A DNA stretch of 49,930 nucleotides from Octopus bimaculoides (Eukaryota): positions 57,066,023-57,115,952 of the forward strand of contig NC_068996.1 in assembly GCF_001194135.2 (NCBI RefSeq), read 5' to 3'. Below, piece by piece: positions 37,225-49,730 of the stretch. A program made the position numbers and the translations under genes. The stretch's first letter is position 1. Each line of letters begins with the position of its first letter. The notes below the pieces were generated by a model that saw only the letters and a program-made list of their open reading frames with translations, was not told the DNA's origin and searched no databases.

Positions 37225-37465
37225 ATCTACAAACTTGTTACTCGACACGAAAATACAGTCCGCGTGGAGTAAGTTACTGCTGAAGAATATCAAATCCAGC
37301 GAAGGCAATCTTCTCCCTCATAGCACTGTTACTACATTCTTTTGGTGCCTACCACAAAACATGGCCCCTTCATTCAAAAAGTCCTTAATGGTAATGCTGT
37401 AGTTTTAAAGTGGTAACGGTGTGAGTAACCTTTATGTTCTCAACTAAATACAAAGAAAATATTTG

Positions 37466-37690
37466 TTTTTATTGCCCACAAGGGGCTAAACATAGAGGGA
37501 ACAAACAAGGACAAAGGGATTAAGTCGATTAGATCGACCCCAGAGCGTAACTGGTACTTATTTAATCGATCCCAAAAGGATGAAAGGTATAGTCGACCTC
37601 GGCAGAATTTTAACTCAGAACGTAAAGACAGACGAAATACCTCTAAGTATTTCGCCCGGCGTGCTAACCATTCTGCCAGTCCGCCGCCTT
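37466..37690 (-). mobile_element. SINE family A, full length
   Basis: Closely matches 2894-3126. Confidence 0.88.
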
Positions 37691-37927
37691 CAGAAAATAT
37701 GAAGATATCAAAAGATTAAATTTGAATACAGCGTATCTTCGGTATGGCATGCTTGAAAGAAAAGCAGCTACATATATATGATACAATTTGAATTAGCGAG
37801 AATTTTCGATAAAGATTTTTAAAATATCAATTTTATCAATTAATAACCTAAAACTAATTTGTCCATCCAGTATTGACTATGGAAAGACTCTCACCCTCTC
37901 CACTCCATTTTCTCCCAAATTTGTTTA

Positions 37928-37965
<38 letters not shown>

Positions 37966-38076
37966 CCAAAACCCCCGTTTTCGAATACGGAGGTTCTGGA
38001 AATTGCCAAAAATCGGTATTGTGAAATTCCCCCCCTTTCCCCCCAAATTCTTCAATTTTTACTTTTTTCCCCAACA

Positions 38077-38162
38077 CTAACCCTAACCATAAAACCCTAA
38101 CCCTCACTCCCTAACCCTAACCCTAAAATCCCAGCCCTAAAACCCTAACCGTAACCGTAACT
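38077..38162. repeat. Degenerate (CCCTAA)n telomere-like tract
   Basis: CTAACCCTAACCATAAAACCCTAACCCTCACTCCCTAACCCTAACCCTAA...ACCGTAACCGTAAC. Confidence 0.7.
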
Positions 38163-38781
38163 ACAGAAATGTTTTAAAATTTTTGTCCGAATCATAATGT
38201 CCGTATTTTTCCGCATATTTTGAAAAAAACAAATTTCTGAAAAACGTTTAAAAAATGAAGGAAATAGTGGTGGGGTGGTAATTTTAAAATGCCGATTCTT
38301 GTACATTTTTTTGCAGATTCGTATTTCCCCTAGCCGTAAAAAGGGGGGTTTGTGTTCCAAAAAAAGAATTTGAAAAAACAGGGTAGGTTGGGGGGGGGGC
38401 GGAAGTCTTGCCTCGACTAATTGTGATGGATATAATCAGTCCTGTATTTATAAAACTTTTTTAAGCTCTTCCCTGACGAAGCCTTCATCACATGACCGGC
38501 AGAAACAACGTCCTGTAATATGGGTGTTGATGTTAGACGTAGTATTTCTATGTAACTAGACTTTACTTTTCAGAATCTCTCTTCATTTCAGCTAATTAAT
38601 CGATCGCTATAAATTTAATACTATTCGTTTGTCATCGAGTGCTCTTGCTAAATCGATGATAGAATGGTTCTTAGCACCATGAAATATATACGTATACAAA
38701 CATACTAAGAAATATATGCATGCGCGCGCGCGAGTGAGTGTGTGTGTGTGGTGTGTGTGTGTATGTGTGTGTGTATAGGTT

Positions 38782-39137
38782 ATACAGTTCTCTATTTAAG
38801 AGATGAAGATTTATGTACATTATTTACATTTGACGGATATTTATCCTCATCTTGTTTGTTGTTAACACAACGTTTCGCCTGATATACCCTCCAGCCTTCC
38901 TAAGGTATTTTTCGATGTTGTTGTTTGTTGTTGTTGTTATTATTATTATTATTCTAGTCAGTGACCTGAATAATAATAAGAAGAAGAACAACAACATTGA
39001 AAAATATCTTAGGAGTGAGAACCCTGGTTCGAAATTTCCCCAAGACACCTGATGAAGGCTGGAGGGTATATCAGCTGAAACGATGTGTTAACAACAAACA
39101 AGATGAGGACAAAGATCCGTCAAATGTAAATAATGTA
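38782..39137. mobile_element. Inverted duplication of a Penelope-type terminal repeat carrying a hammerhead-like motif
   Basis: Outer arms 38816-38899 and 39054-39137 (79/84 complementary), inner arms about 38899-38954 and 38968-39013; CTGATGA...GAAAC at 39049-39081. Confidence 0.8.
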
Positions 39138-39628
39138 TATATANNNNNNNNNNNNNNNNNNNNNNNNNNNNNNNNNNNNNNNNNNNNNNNNNNNNNNNNN
39201 NNNNNNNNNNNNNNNNNNNNNNNNNNNNNNNNNNNNNNNNNNNNNNNNNNNNNNNNNNNNNNNNNNNNNNNNNNNNNNNNNNNNNNNNNNNNNNNNNNNN
39301 NNNNNNNNNNNNNNNNNNNNNNNNNNNNNNNNNNNNNNNNNNNNNNNNNNNNNNNNNNNNNNNNNNNNNNNNNNNNNNNNNNNNNNNNNNNNNNNNNNNN
39401 NNNNNNNNNNNNNNNNNNNNNNNNNNNNNNNNNNNNNNNNNNNNNNNNNNNNNNNNNNNNNNNNNNNNNNNNNNNNNNNNNNNNNNNNNNNNNNNNNNNN
39501 NNNNNNNNNNNNNNNNNNNNNNNNNNNNNNNNNNNNNNNNNNNNNNNNNNNNNNNNNNNNNNNNNNNNNNNNNNNNNNNNNNNNNNNNNNNNNNNNNNNN
39601 NATATATATATATATATACATATATATA

Positions 39629-40127
39629 TAGGTTGTTCTGGCTAAATTTGTCAGTTTGCATAAAGGAAAAAGAAAACACAATATCCCATCCAAAAGTAAA
39701 TGTAAAAAATCAACAAGATTATGGCTGAGGGACAGCAGTTTACTCAAAGCAGCCGTTCTAAGCTTCTACCACGGCCTCATGAAGGTTCTGGAACCTGGTG
39801 CATGTTTCCCACTGTATCGCTAGGAAGATCTTCAAACACCTCCTTGATCTTGGCCATCAGCTTGGATTTGGTGTTGCAGTTATGCTTATCTCAACCGTGC
39901 CCCACACCCATGGTGTCAACATTTTGACACCCGACACGAATCACCATGATACAGGTAACTCGTTTACAATATTCAGATGGCTTCCATTGTTCTGTTTCAG
40001 CTGACTTTTTCTCAACTACATCTCTAATCTTTCTGCTCTCCAACGCCGCCGACTATTCACCAATACATCGAGCTGTTCCCCAAAAAAGGTGACATAAAAG
40101 ATCGTTAAATTTAGCCCAAATACCTTG
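39629..40127 (-). mobile_element. Internally deleted Tc1/mariner (maT-like) element of a second subfamily
   Basis: Minus-strand VWGTVE...CNTKSKLMAKIKEVFEDLP...RFQNLHEAVVEA*NGCFE* parallels the C-terminus of the DD37D copy; imperfect TIRs AGGTTGTTCTGGCTAAATTT / AAATTTAGCCCAAATACCTT. Confidence 0.75.
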
Positions 40128-40135
40128 TGTGTGTG

Positions 40136-40185
<50 letters not shown>

Positions 40186-40394
40186 CGCGCGCGTAAAAAG
40201 AAATCTAATTCCAGTCGAATGTTGAATGTTGAAGACATTTCAGCGTAGTGTGGCAGAATGAGACATATCTGTTTGATGGATTCAGTTTATATGGACAACT
40301 CTTTCACCAGAAACCAGCTCACTCATTTCTTCCCCTTCTGTAAGATTTTCTACCGGTACTAGAATTCACTTTCAATATTTCGAGTGTCTCTTTA

Positions 40395-40582
40395 GGGTGG
40401 CGTGTCGGCAGAATCATGAGCATGCCGGGGGAAAATGTTGGATTGCATTTCGTCCGTCTTTATGCTGTGGTCGACATTGTCTTTCATTCTTTCGGGGGTC
40501 GATGAAGTAAGTACCAATTGAGCCCCGGGATAGATGTAATCGACTTAACCCCTCCCCTGAAATTGCCAGAATTTGAAACCAA
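40395..40582 (+). mobile_element. SINE family A, diverged and internally deleted
   Basis: GGCAGAATC head, GGTCGAC...TTTCATTCTTTCGGGGGTCGAT body. Confidence 0.75.
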
Positions 40583-41720
40583 TATTTCGATTATCTCTAT
40601 CAATTTCTAAAGTATTTCTGCCTCCATCGACAATCCCACCCAACTTTGTCTTTTACTAAGCCACCAACTCCGATTTCTACAATAATTTTCCTTTCTTTCG
40701 TCCCTTTCTCACCGATTCCATCGAATCTAGGCTGTTTTCGTCTCTTCTGTCTTCGGTTATGCTTCTTGCTTTATCTCTCTAACTTCTAAATTGGTTATTC
40801 TTTCTTCGTGTGTTGTGATCGCAGCCGAGTCTAAGCTTCCGAAACAAACTTTCTTCTTTCTTGCATCCTCTTCCCTACCTGCTGTACTCCTTTCTCATCA
40901 ACGTCCACCCTCTTACTTGTCCATTCTACTACATTATCTTTCGCTGCATCCTTCTTCCTCAATCCAACACCACACAGGTAATTAAGTATTTTATCTTGTC
41001 AGAGTTGATAAAATAAATGGGCCAGGGTGGTGCTTGTGTGAAATTATTAGAGCCTCAGATAATATATTTCATGATATTGGTTCCGGGGCTTTGCATTCCG
41101 AGTTCTTGGCGAATAAATTTAATCGGTCGCCCAGTGCAACATCACCACCACCTGATCTTTGAGTATTTTTCTTTGATCAGTTGCAAACATTTGCTCCAAA
41201 TCTCCGATTTTGCAAAAGCTTGCTCCTTTCCCCTCACTAGAGTCTGAATTCTTGAAAAACTAAAAATCTAATGGGAGCTAATTTTCCCCTCCCCGACAAA
41301 ATGGTTAGAAGAGAGAGAAAAGCATAATTCTATAATGTGACCCCTTTTTGTATGTTAGAAAAGACAAAATAAACATTTGCTCATACATTTGCTTGATCAG
41401 CTCTCACGTAATGAGAGCTGATTAATAAACCACGACACATGACAAACATCCAAATCAATCAACTGCAGATAATTCCATTACTACTTATACGGACACCTCT
41501 CTTTTCTCCTTCTACAATAATAGCCCCCTGCTCTATGGAGCTGGCTGGGCCCATATCTCCACTTAGGTATTTCCGTCCCACTCCCCTCTTCTTCTCTCTA
41601 AACCCTTGACATGTCAATCCCCACCCAGCTCAGGTTCTACATCAATCGCTATACCCAATCCTTCCTCCTCAGAGTGTCGTCCCTCTGAAATTTCCTTCCT
41701 GCTTCTTTGTTCTCCACAAG

Positions 41721-41789
41721 TTTTGGATTACAATGTTTCAAAAAGGGACATTATTGACATCGATCTCAACGGTCCTTCTGACCGCTCAG
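41721..41789 (+). other. Candidate 69-nt exon (unassigned)
   Basis: Pyrimidine tract + CACAAG acceptor and CAG|GTAAAT donor; open in two frames; no homology recognised. Confidence 0.25.
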
Positions 41790-42093
41790 GTAAATAAAAC
41801 ACAATAATTATCGTCTTTGTTATGTTGTAAGAGGTATCTTAGAATTGCAGTTTTATGAAAGAACAAGCAGTTTCCTCTGTGTTTCCTGTTGGCCCTGTTA
41901 CAGCAAATACAGCAAATCAAAGTCACACGAGTGCACGCAAACCCAACTCCTCACACAAACACAGACACATGTGCCACTTGATGCTGGTAGGATTCGAAAG
42001 GACACCACTTCATCGCCGTTCAAATATAATAATAGATCCATTATCATAAATGACAGAACCCCATTGTGTGAAATCCTGGTTACATCCGTGTAG

Positions 42094-42132
<39 letters not shown>

Positions 42133-42202
42133 AGCACCCAGGTATAATTTAATTATGAAGAATAATTTCATTCTAACATTAAGAAGTAATTAAAGGATTG
42201 CT

Positions 42203-42286
42203 ACTGTTTCTACTACCACCACAACCACTACTACTATTACTACTACTACTACTACTACCACCACCACCACCATTACTACTACCACC

Positions 42287-42318
<32 letters not shown>

Positions 42319-42320
42319 AG
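42203..42320. repeat. (ACT)n/(ACC)n trinucleotide microsatellite
   Basis: Direct reading of the sequence. Confidence 0.9.
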
Positions 42321-44261
42321 TATGTGTTTGCGTATGGTTGTGAAGGAGTCCTTCCTTATTTACCTATCTGCCGTTTATATGCATATACATGGGGACTGTA
42401 TGTTAATGATGCCAATTAAGGTAGAAACATGAGTCTGCAGTAGCCCTTCTTTGCCTCCAGACAGGTATGTCAGTTTTGGAGAATTCTTCGGTTTTGTGAT
42501 CCCCTTCTTCACTCATTTTGAGTTTGTCCCAGATGTCACCAAACGATTCTTCTACTTTTACTGGAAGCGGAAATAGTTTCAATAAATTAAGAATTTATTT
42601 GGTATGGTATTTAATATACACTTATTCGGCTTTAGTGTGTGTGTGTGTGTGTCTTTATCGATCTATCTTGCCCCTTTCTCTGTCTTCCTGTCATACTACC
42701 ATCTCTTGCTAACATCTACTATTCTTTTCTGACGGCCTCTTGTCTCACCACCGTCTCACTGACTACAAGTGTCCAATATTTCTCTCTGTTCAAGCTGTAT
42801 CCAGACGAAAGTCTTTTTAATATTTTCTCTCTATGCTTGTATTTTCCCTGTTTGTCGCTATTTTAAGTTGAAAGACACCCTCTTTATCTATACTCTATAT
42901 TTTTTTTTTATTCTTGTTTCTCGTACCAGTCTTTGTGTCCGTCCTCTTTGTTTTTAGCTCTAAGACTTTTTTTTTTTAAACGTCCCGTGTGTTTTCAGTC
43001 GTAAGATTTGCTTTCGATTTCTTTTGTTTGAACGTTGGTGCTTTCGAGACAAGCGATACCAACTCCTTCGAAGCGTCGAAATCGTATTGTCTCTGGATAA
43101 AATGCTGGCTGACGAAATGAGTTTATCCAAATCTGATTTTTCTCTCTTTCTCTCTCCCCCTAGCCCCTCCGTTAATTGTTGTTCACTTCCTTCATCATTA
43201 TTTTGATTTCACATCTAGCGTGCACTGCCATACATTTCTTCGTAACTGATTTGTTTTCTCTCGCGTTGACTCACACTACATCTTGCTTTATCTTGTTCCT
43301 TTTCCTTCCACTCTGCCGTGCCATCCGCTCCTCTTACTACCCACCTCTCCTTCTGTCGGTCTTTTCCCTCACCACTTTCGCGCTGGTCACATATCTCCAA
43401 TATTTTTTGCGTCACTAATGAAATGGATTCCTCCATGTCTGATCATTGCAAGTGTAGGGAGGGGGTTGTTCTTTCCGTGAATTCGTGTACACATCCTTCT
43501 TCATTATTTTTTTGATTATGTATGCGTTTGTATATATGTGAATATGTGTGTGCGCGCGCGTGCGTGTGTGTGTAACGGACAGTCTGTTTGCGGAACTGTT
43601 AAAGAGTCGAACAAATGCATTGTGACATTTTGCTTTCTGAGTTCAAATCCCACCAAGGTCAAATTTCATCCATGAAGGACCAATCAAGTCTTGAAAGGAG
43701 TTCCACTTCTCTACCCTGACCGCTTCCTCTCCCCTCCCTCCCTCTCTCTTTCCCTCCCTTTCTCTCCTTTGTGCATACGTCCTACAACTGAGATTAGCGC
43801 ACGTAAAGCTATGGTCCCTCCCACCACCAGCAGCATTTTCTCGTAGCACGTTTTTGTACGGATACGTCAGCAAAAATATGAACGTGTCCGTAAACACACG
43901 CACACGGAATGTGTGCGTGTGTGTGTGTTATGTGAATGAGAGAGGAAAGAAAGAAGAGAAGGAGAGGACGAATGAGTAAGCGACGACGAAAATGAGATAA
44001 GAGGAATAACTCAGATTGGCCAAATGGAAGTATCCGAACAATAAAAATGAATAAGAGCCTATTAAATACCATATAAGATATATTATCGGCTTATTGAAAT
44101 GATCTCCGTTTTCTCAGGCAGCCATTGAAAACAACTCTGAGAATAGAACAGCTCAAAAATCAAAAATTCTCCAAAACTTGCATGCCATTTAAAAAGATTG
44201 CCGGATTGTCTGGAGACAAACGGACAGATATGGACACGTGTTTGGAATAAGTACCCGATGT

Positions 44262-44601
44262 TACAACATAAGTATTGAGGGCGATTTGTTCGATTAAATA
44301 CTTCAAGGCAGTGCACCAGCATGGCCACAGCCCAAGGAATGAAACAAGTAAAACATAAAAAGTGCGCGAAAACTCTCGGTCTTCATCTTTTTATAACTTC
44401 TTACCGATTGAATAAAATACGTATATTCATACATACACGACAGGCTTCCACGAAGTTTCCGTCCATTAAATCCACTCAGGAGGCTTTAGTTGACCTTGGG
44501 CTATCGTAGAAGCCACTTCCCCCAAAGTACCACACAGTAGGGCTAAACCCGAAACCACGGGTTTGCTGTAAAGCAAGGGTCTTAACCACACAGCCATGCT
44601 T
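44262..44601. mobile_element. SINE family B 3' tail (+, 44262-44362) followed by a family B 5' half (-, 44440-44601)
   Basis: GGCAGTGCACCAGCATGGCCACAG tail; reverse-complement core AAATCCACTCAGGAGGCTTT...CTTAACCACACAGCCATG. Confidence 0.7.
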
Positions 44602-45352
44602 GATACTTTATTGTGTTTCGGTTAAGAAAGAAAACACGGGTCAATAACGTTTTAGGAGGGCGGTGTCATTAGACTGGAGCCCTGGTCCGAAATGATTGCA
44701 ACAGAGTGATGCCCACAAAAGACACCCAAAGTGCCTAGTGATGGCTTAAAAGGGGCCATGAATTTAGTCTAGTAGCATGGTTGTTGTGAACCATTCGTAA
44801 ACTACCGAAATATACATTATCTTTTTAAATGCAAATTTCTCACAGCATTTGTTAAAAAATCAGATTGGGGGCAACTGTCGGTGACAGTGAATGTGTGTGT
44901 GTGTGTGTGAAAAATAGGGAATGTAAAAATTCTGTATCATTTATTCACCATTACACGTGTTTCATTTGCTAGTTGGAGTTACAAAATTGTACATGTAAGA
45001 GAAACATGTAAAATATCTCCTATTGGAAATTCTTCACAAAGAGAATCAAATAAAATCATTTCATTCTCAATCTGAAAAATTTCTTGAATCACCACTTTCT
45101 GTATGCTAAACTTTGAGCTCTTCTATAAAAGACGCAAACCAGATTTTCTGGGACGTTCTTTTTTTCATCTTAAATTAGGCACTCTCTCTCTCTCTCTCTT
45201 CCTCTCTCTCTCTCTCCCTCTCTCTCTCTCGCTCTCTCTCTCTCTCACTCTCTCTCTCTCTCCATATATATATTGGGTATTATATATAAAGCATATGTAT
45301 GTATACAGTGTGTATGTATGTATATATATATAAATGCTTGTGTATGTGTGAT

Positions 45353-45383
<31 letters not shown>

Positions 45384-45393
45384 NNNNNNNNNN

Positions 45394-45439
<46 letters not shown>

Positions 45440-47376
45440 GTGTGTGTTTTCTTTTTTTGCATGTGTACAAAACATTCACGCAAACTCACACATATCACAC
45501 GAGTGTGTATGAAACATACATTCAGACACATCGACAGGCAGGGTGAGAGAATCACTCCTCTTTAAGTCTTAATTCCTAGGAGCGCCCCCGTAATCAACCC
45601 GTCATCACATTATTTTTAATGCAGATAACGTTCAACCTATAACAAACAAGCAAACAACAACAATAATCATAATAGTAATAATAATAATAAAAATAAAACA
45701 AAAAAATAGGAGAAAAAAATGAAAGAAAACTTGTGCAGAGATTCCTCCACGCCTCATCTCTTTCGTTTAGGTTCAAGTTGGTGCGTTTGGTGCCTTGAGT
45801 CTGTTAATAAAAGGCTGTGCGTTTATGGCGAAGCAACGTTATGGGATTTCAGTGGCCGTGAATATTCTGTGTTCATATGGGTTACACATCTAAATATCAT
45901 ACAAATACACTTTACACTCCTTTCTATAGAAATCGGTGTATGTGTGTGTGTGCGTGTGTGTGTATGTGTTTGCATGTGTGTGCATGTGTATGTGGGTGTG
46001 TGTATGTGTATTCGACTTTCAATTCTATTTTATGCGATTTGCTACAGATGTACAAATTTCTCTCTTTTTTTTCTCACTTTCTTTTTATCTTTCTCTCTCT
46101 TTCTTTCTCTCACACATATACACACAGAAGCAAACATGTATCTGTATGTACATCTAATTAGATAAAATGAAACATCACACACACTATAAGCATTCACATA
46201 CACTCTGCCTTACGCACACAATGGGTTTCCGTCCACCAAATTCCACCCAGGCGGTATTTTGGTCAACCTGAGGTATGCAAGGTGCATCTCTTTGGGAGAG
46301 GTATAACAAACATTTGTAATTCAGTGAATTCATAAAGGAGAAAAACCTCCCCCATCTCATGCATTGCCCTTTAGATACGCACAAAATGGTTGACTGTAAA
46401 GATACTTTGCCACATAGATGAGTAATAAACTTCGCATGAAATTTGGAATCCCACCCAGAGAGGGAGGGTGATAGGTTGATGTCTTTTAAAATTTAAGTTA
46501 CTTTTATGAATTTCATTCCCAATTTTATTGGTTCCCTAGTTTGTCACCATATTAACAAGAACTGCCTCTGTTTCGATTTCACTTCCTTGATTTGGTAACT
46601 CACTACTCTACTATCACAAGTGAACTCATACAACACTCAACTTCAGGGAATGATGATAAGTGTTTCGTTTTCCGTATTTTTGTTTGTTTTTAGTTTTGTT
46701 TTCTCCAAGTTGTAAGAAACTCATCAAACAGTAGCGGGTGCTATCTCTTTGCTGTTGATTTTCTTCATAAGGAACAGCCTCGCAAAGAACTTGGGACTCT
46801 CTTTCACGCCAGATTTAAACTGTACATCTTTCACAATATCTTTCTAATCTTTCTCATGCTCATCCTCTGCACTCTAACCCTGACTCATCACTTCCTATTG
46901 TATATTCTAATCTTCTAATACCCGTTTAACACCAGCTAAAGAAGACTACCAATACTTTCTTGAACTAAATATTCTTATGTCGTTTTAGAGGTGTTTTGCG
47001 TTCTTGTCCCATTTTTGTATTTATATATATATATATATATNNNNNNNNNNNNNNNNNNNNNNNNNNNNNNNNNNNNNNNNNNNNNNNNNNNNNNNNNNNN
47101 NNNNNNNNNNNNNNNNNNNNNNGAATAGATGAATGATGTTTGGAAACTGGATTTCGAACAATGCCATCATTCGATTGTTCTCCTAAACATAAAGAGCAAA
47201 GAAGTGGCGTTTCAGTCCTCATTTCTACAGATGTGGCAATGATGGGTGCACATCAAGGACACATATCTGTATTTAGCTGACTTTAAGCTATAAAAGAAAA
47301 AGTAGAAAACAAATCCACAATGCTTCAAGATTCTGCGCAAATCACTATATTCCCAAACTAATATTTTTCGTTATTA

Positions 47377-47589
47377 AGGCGGCGAGCTGGCAGAAACGTT
47401 AGCACGCCGAACAAAATGCTTAGCGGTATTTCGTCTTTTCGTTCTGAGTTCAAATTTCGCCGAGGTCGACTTCGCCTTTCATCCTTTCGGGATCGATAAA
47501 TAAGTGCTAGATGCGTACTGGGGTAGATCTAATCGACTGGCCCACCTCCCTAAAAATTTCGGGTTGTGTGCCTAGAATAGAAAAGAATA
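47377..47589 (+). mobile_element. SINE family A, full length
   Basis: GGCGGCGAGCTGGCAGAAACGTTAGC head, B-box GAGTTCAAATT, tail AGAATAGAAAAGAATA; degenerate ATATTT..GTTATT TSD. Confidence 0.88.
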
Positions 47590-47934
47590 TTTGTTATTGA
47601 AAAATCATTAAAAATTGTCTCGTGCTTGCTTGAAGTAATCACGTTTCTGCTTAATGGTAATACAATGTCTAATTCATATTTTAATCAGGACTATGTTTTC
47701 TTTGTGTGTGTGTGTGTTTAAAATATAAAATTGTATCTGGTTTAAATACTATTTCTAAAAAAAAACCATAACCCTCCTAAACACACAGCGCCTCAATAGT
47801 TCCCTTTGCCTTATACCTTCTCGATATCAGCTTCACCGTTCCTCTGATCATATTTCTATTCCTTGGTAACACAATGTCCTACTCATACCCTCATTTCTTA
47901 TCCTAACAATGAATTTTTTTTTTCGAAAATGCGA

Positions 47935-48092
47935 GTAGGCGTGGTTGTGTGGTAAGTAGCTTGCTTACCAACCACATGGTTCGAGGTTCAATCCCGCTGC
48001 GTGGCACCTTGGGCAAGTGTCTTCTACTCTAGCCTCGAGCCAACCAAAGCCTTGTGAGTGGATTTAGTAGACGGAAACTGAAAGAAGACTGT

Positions 48093-48095
<3 letters not shown>
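47935..48095 (+). mobile_element. SINE family B 5' half
   Basis: TGGTTGTGTGGTAAG A-box-like, GGTTCAATCCC B-box, ACCTTGGGCAAGTGTCTT core; runs into (TA)n. Confidence 0.88.
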
Positions 48096-48131
<36 letters not shown>

Positions 48132-48857
48132 TCAGAAGAGTGGTACAACAAAGCACCGATATTTATAGGGCAATTTTTTGCTGGAAATTAATACATTTGT
48201 ATTGAAATATTTTTNNNNNNNNNNNNNNNNNNNNNNNNNNNNNNNNNNNNNNNNNNNNNNNNNNNNNNNNNNNNNNNNNNNNNNNNNNNNNNNNNNNNNN
48301 NNNNNNNNNNNNNNNNNNNNNNNNNNNNNNNNNNNNNNNNNNNNNNNNNNNNNNNNNNNNNNNNNNNNNNNNNNNNNNNNNNNNNNNNNNNNNNNNNNNN
48401 NNNNNNNNNNNNNNNNNNNNNNNNNNNNNNNNNNNNNNNNNNNNNNNNNNNNNNNNNNNNNNNNNNNNNNNNNNNNNNNNNNNNNNNNNNNNNNNNNNNN
48501 NNNNNNNNNNNNNNNNNNNNNNNNNNNNNNNNNNNNNNNNNNNNNNNNNNNNNNNNNNNNNNNNNNNNNNNNNNNNNNNNNNNNNNNNNNNNNNNNNNNN
48601 NNNNNNNNNNNNNNNNNNNNNNNNNNNNNNNNNNNNNNNNNNNNNNNNNNNNNNNNNNNNNNNNNNNNNNNNNNNNNNNNNNNNNNNNNNNNNNNNNNNN
48701 NNNNNNNNNNNNNNNNNNNNNNNNNNNNNNNNNNNNNNNNNNNNNNNNNNNNNNNNNNNNNNNNNNNNNNNNNTATAAATAATGTAATTACGTCCTTTTC
48801 TCTTGGAATTGTATTCTCTTCTGAGTTTGTACCCTCGCTTCGAAAAATTCCTGATAT

Positions 48858-49100
48858 CTAATCTAATATATAAATCCCGTTCTGTCTGTCTGTTTTTTGT
48901 GCGCTTATTGTTCATATAAGAATTGTTCATCCGATCGCGATGAAATTTTAAACATGGATACATCTAAAAAGATTTTCAAAACTGTCAGTTTCGAAGTGAG
49001 AATCTCTATTTTTGTAATTCTTATGGCCTGTCCATCGGATGATTAAAACTTCCATTTTTATTTTTATTCGAAACTACTGTTACGTATCCCGTTATTCTTA
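48858..49100 (+). mobile_element. Possible Helitron-type non-autonomous element 5' end
   Basis: TCTAATATATAAA...(TCTG)n...CCGATCGCGATGAAATTT layout resembles Helitron/Helentron-derived invertebrate repeats; no 3' hairpin confirmed. Confidence 0.35.
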
Positions 49101-49625
49101 CTACTACGTCAGTGAAATCGAAATAAAATACTTAAAGCAACATTCGTCAAATGCAAAAGCCAAAGAACTGTTTATTGCTTAAATATCACTTGCAATATTC
49201 ACTTAGGAGATAAAACAGTGTTCAGTCTGACGTATAGGTGACAGGAGGTATGTACTATGGAAGAGTACATTGTGCTTATCTTAATGTGAAAGTATTTGAG
49301 TACAAAAAGTTTAAGGTTAGTTATGATGTCTGATTCTACTGGAAGTTATATATATTGTGGGCTGAACAGCTTTCCTTCATTTTATTAGCCTCGTGACTAT
49401 TTTGAAAAGTTTCACTGTCAATCGATTTTCCTTATTTAGAAGAAACAGTCAACAGATTTAACGTCTCAGGGATCTTTAATGCCCTAACCAAAAGTAATAA
49501 CACCATACTATCACCAAACATCTCCACAACTTAACACCGTCCAAGTTAACCCTCTTCACCTATACAAACCGTCTAATGAACGGGGAGCGTTTGTTAGTAC
49601 ATATACATACATACATATATATATA

Positions 49626-49730
49626 TACTCTTTTACTCTTTTACTTGTTTCAGTCATTTGACTGCGGCCATGCTGGAGCACCGCCTTTAGTCGATCAAAT
49701 CGACCCCAGGACTTATTCTTTGTAAGCCTA
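49626..49730 (-). mobile_element. SINE family B 3' tail, interrupted at 49731
   Basis: (TACTCTTT)n...GACTGCGGCCATGCTGGAGCACCGCC...CTTTGTAAGCCTA, then abrupt loss of similarity. Confidence 0.85.

Noticed and set aside
42198-42419. Poly-Leu/poly-Pro ORF resembling a signal peptide
   Set aside because: Simple (ACT)n/(ACC)n microsatellite translation with no supporting context.
47377-47460. tRNA genes at SINE heads (A/B boxes)
   Set aside because: No complete cloverleaf, and they continue into SINE bodies present in many copies.
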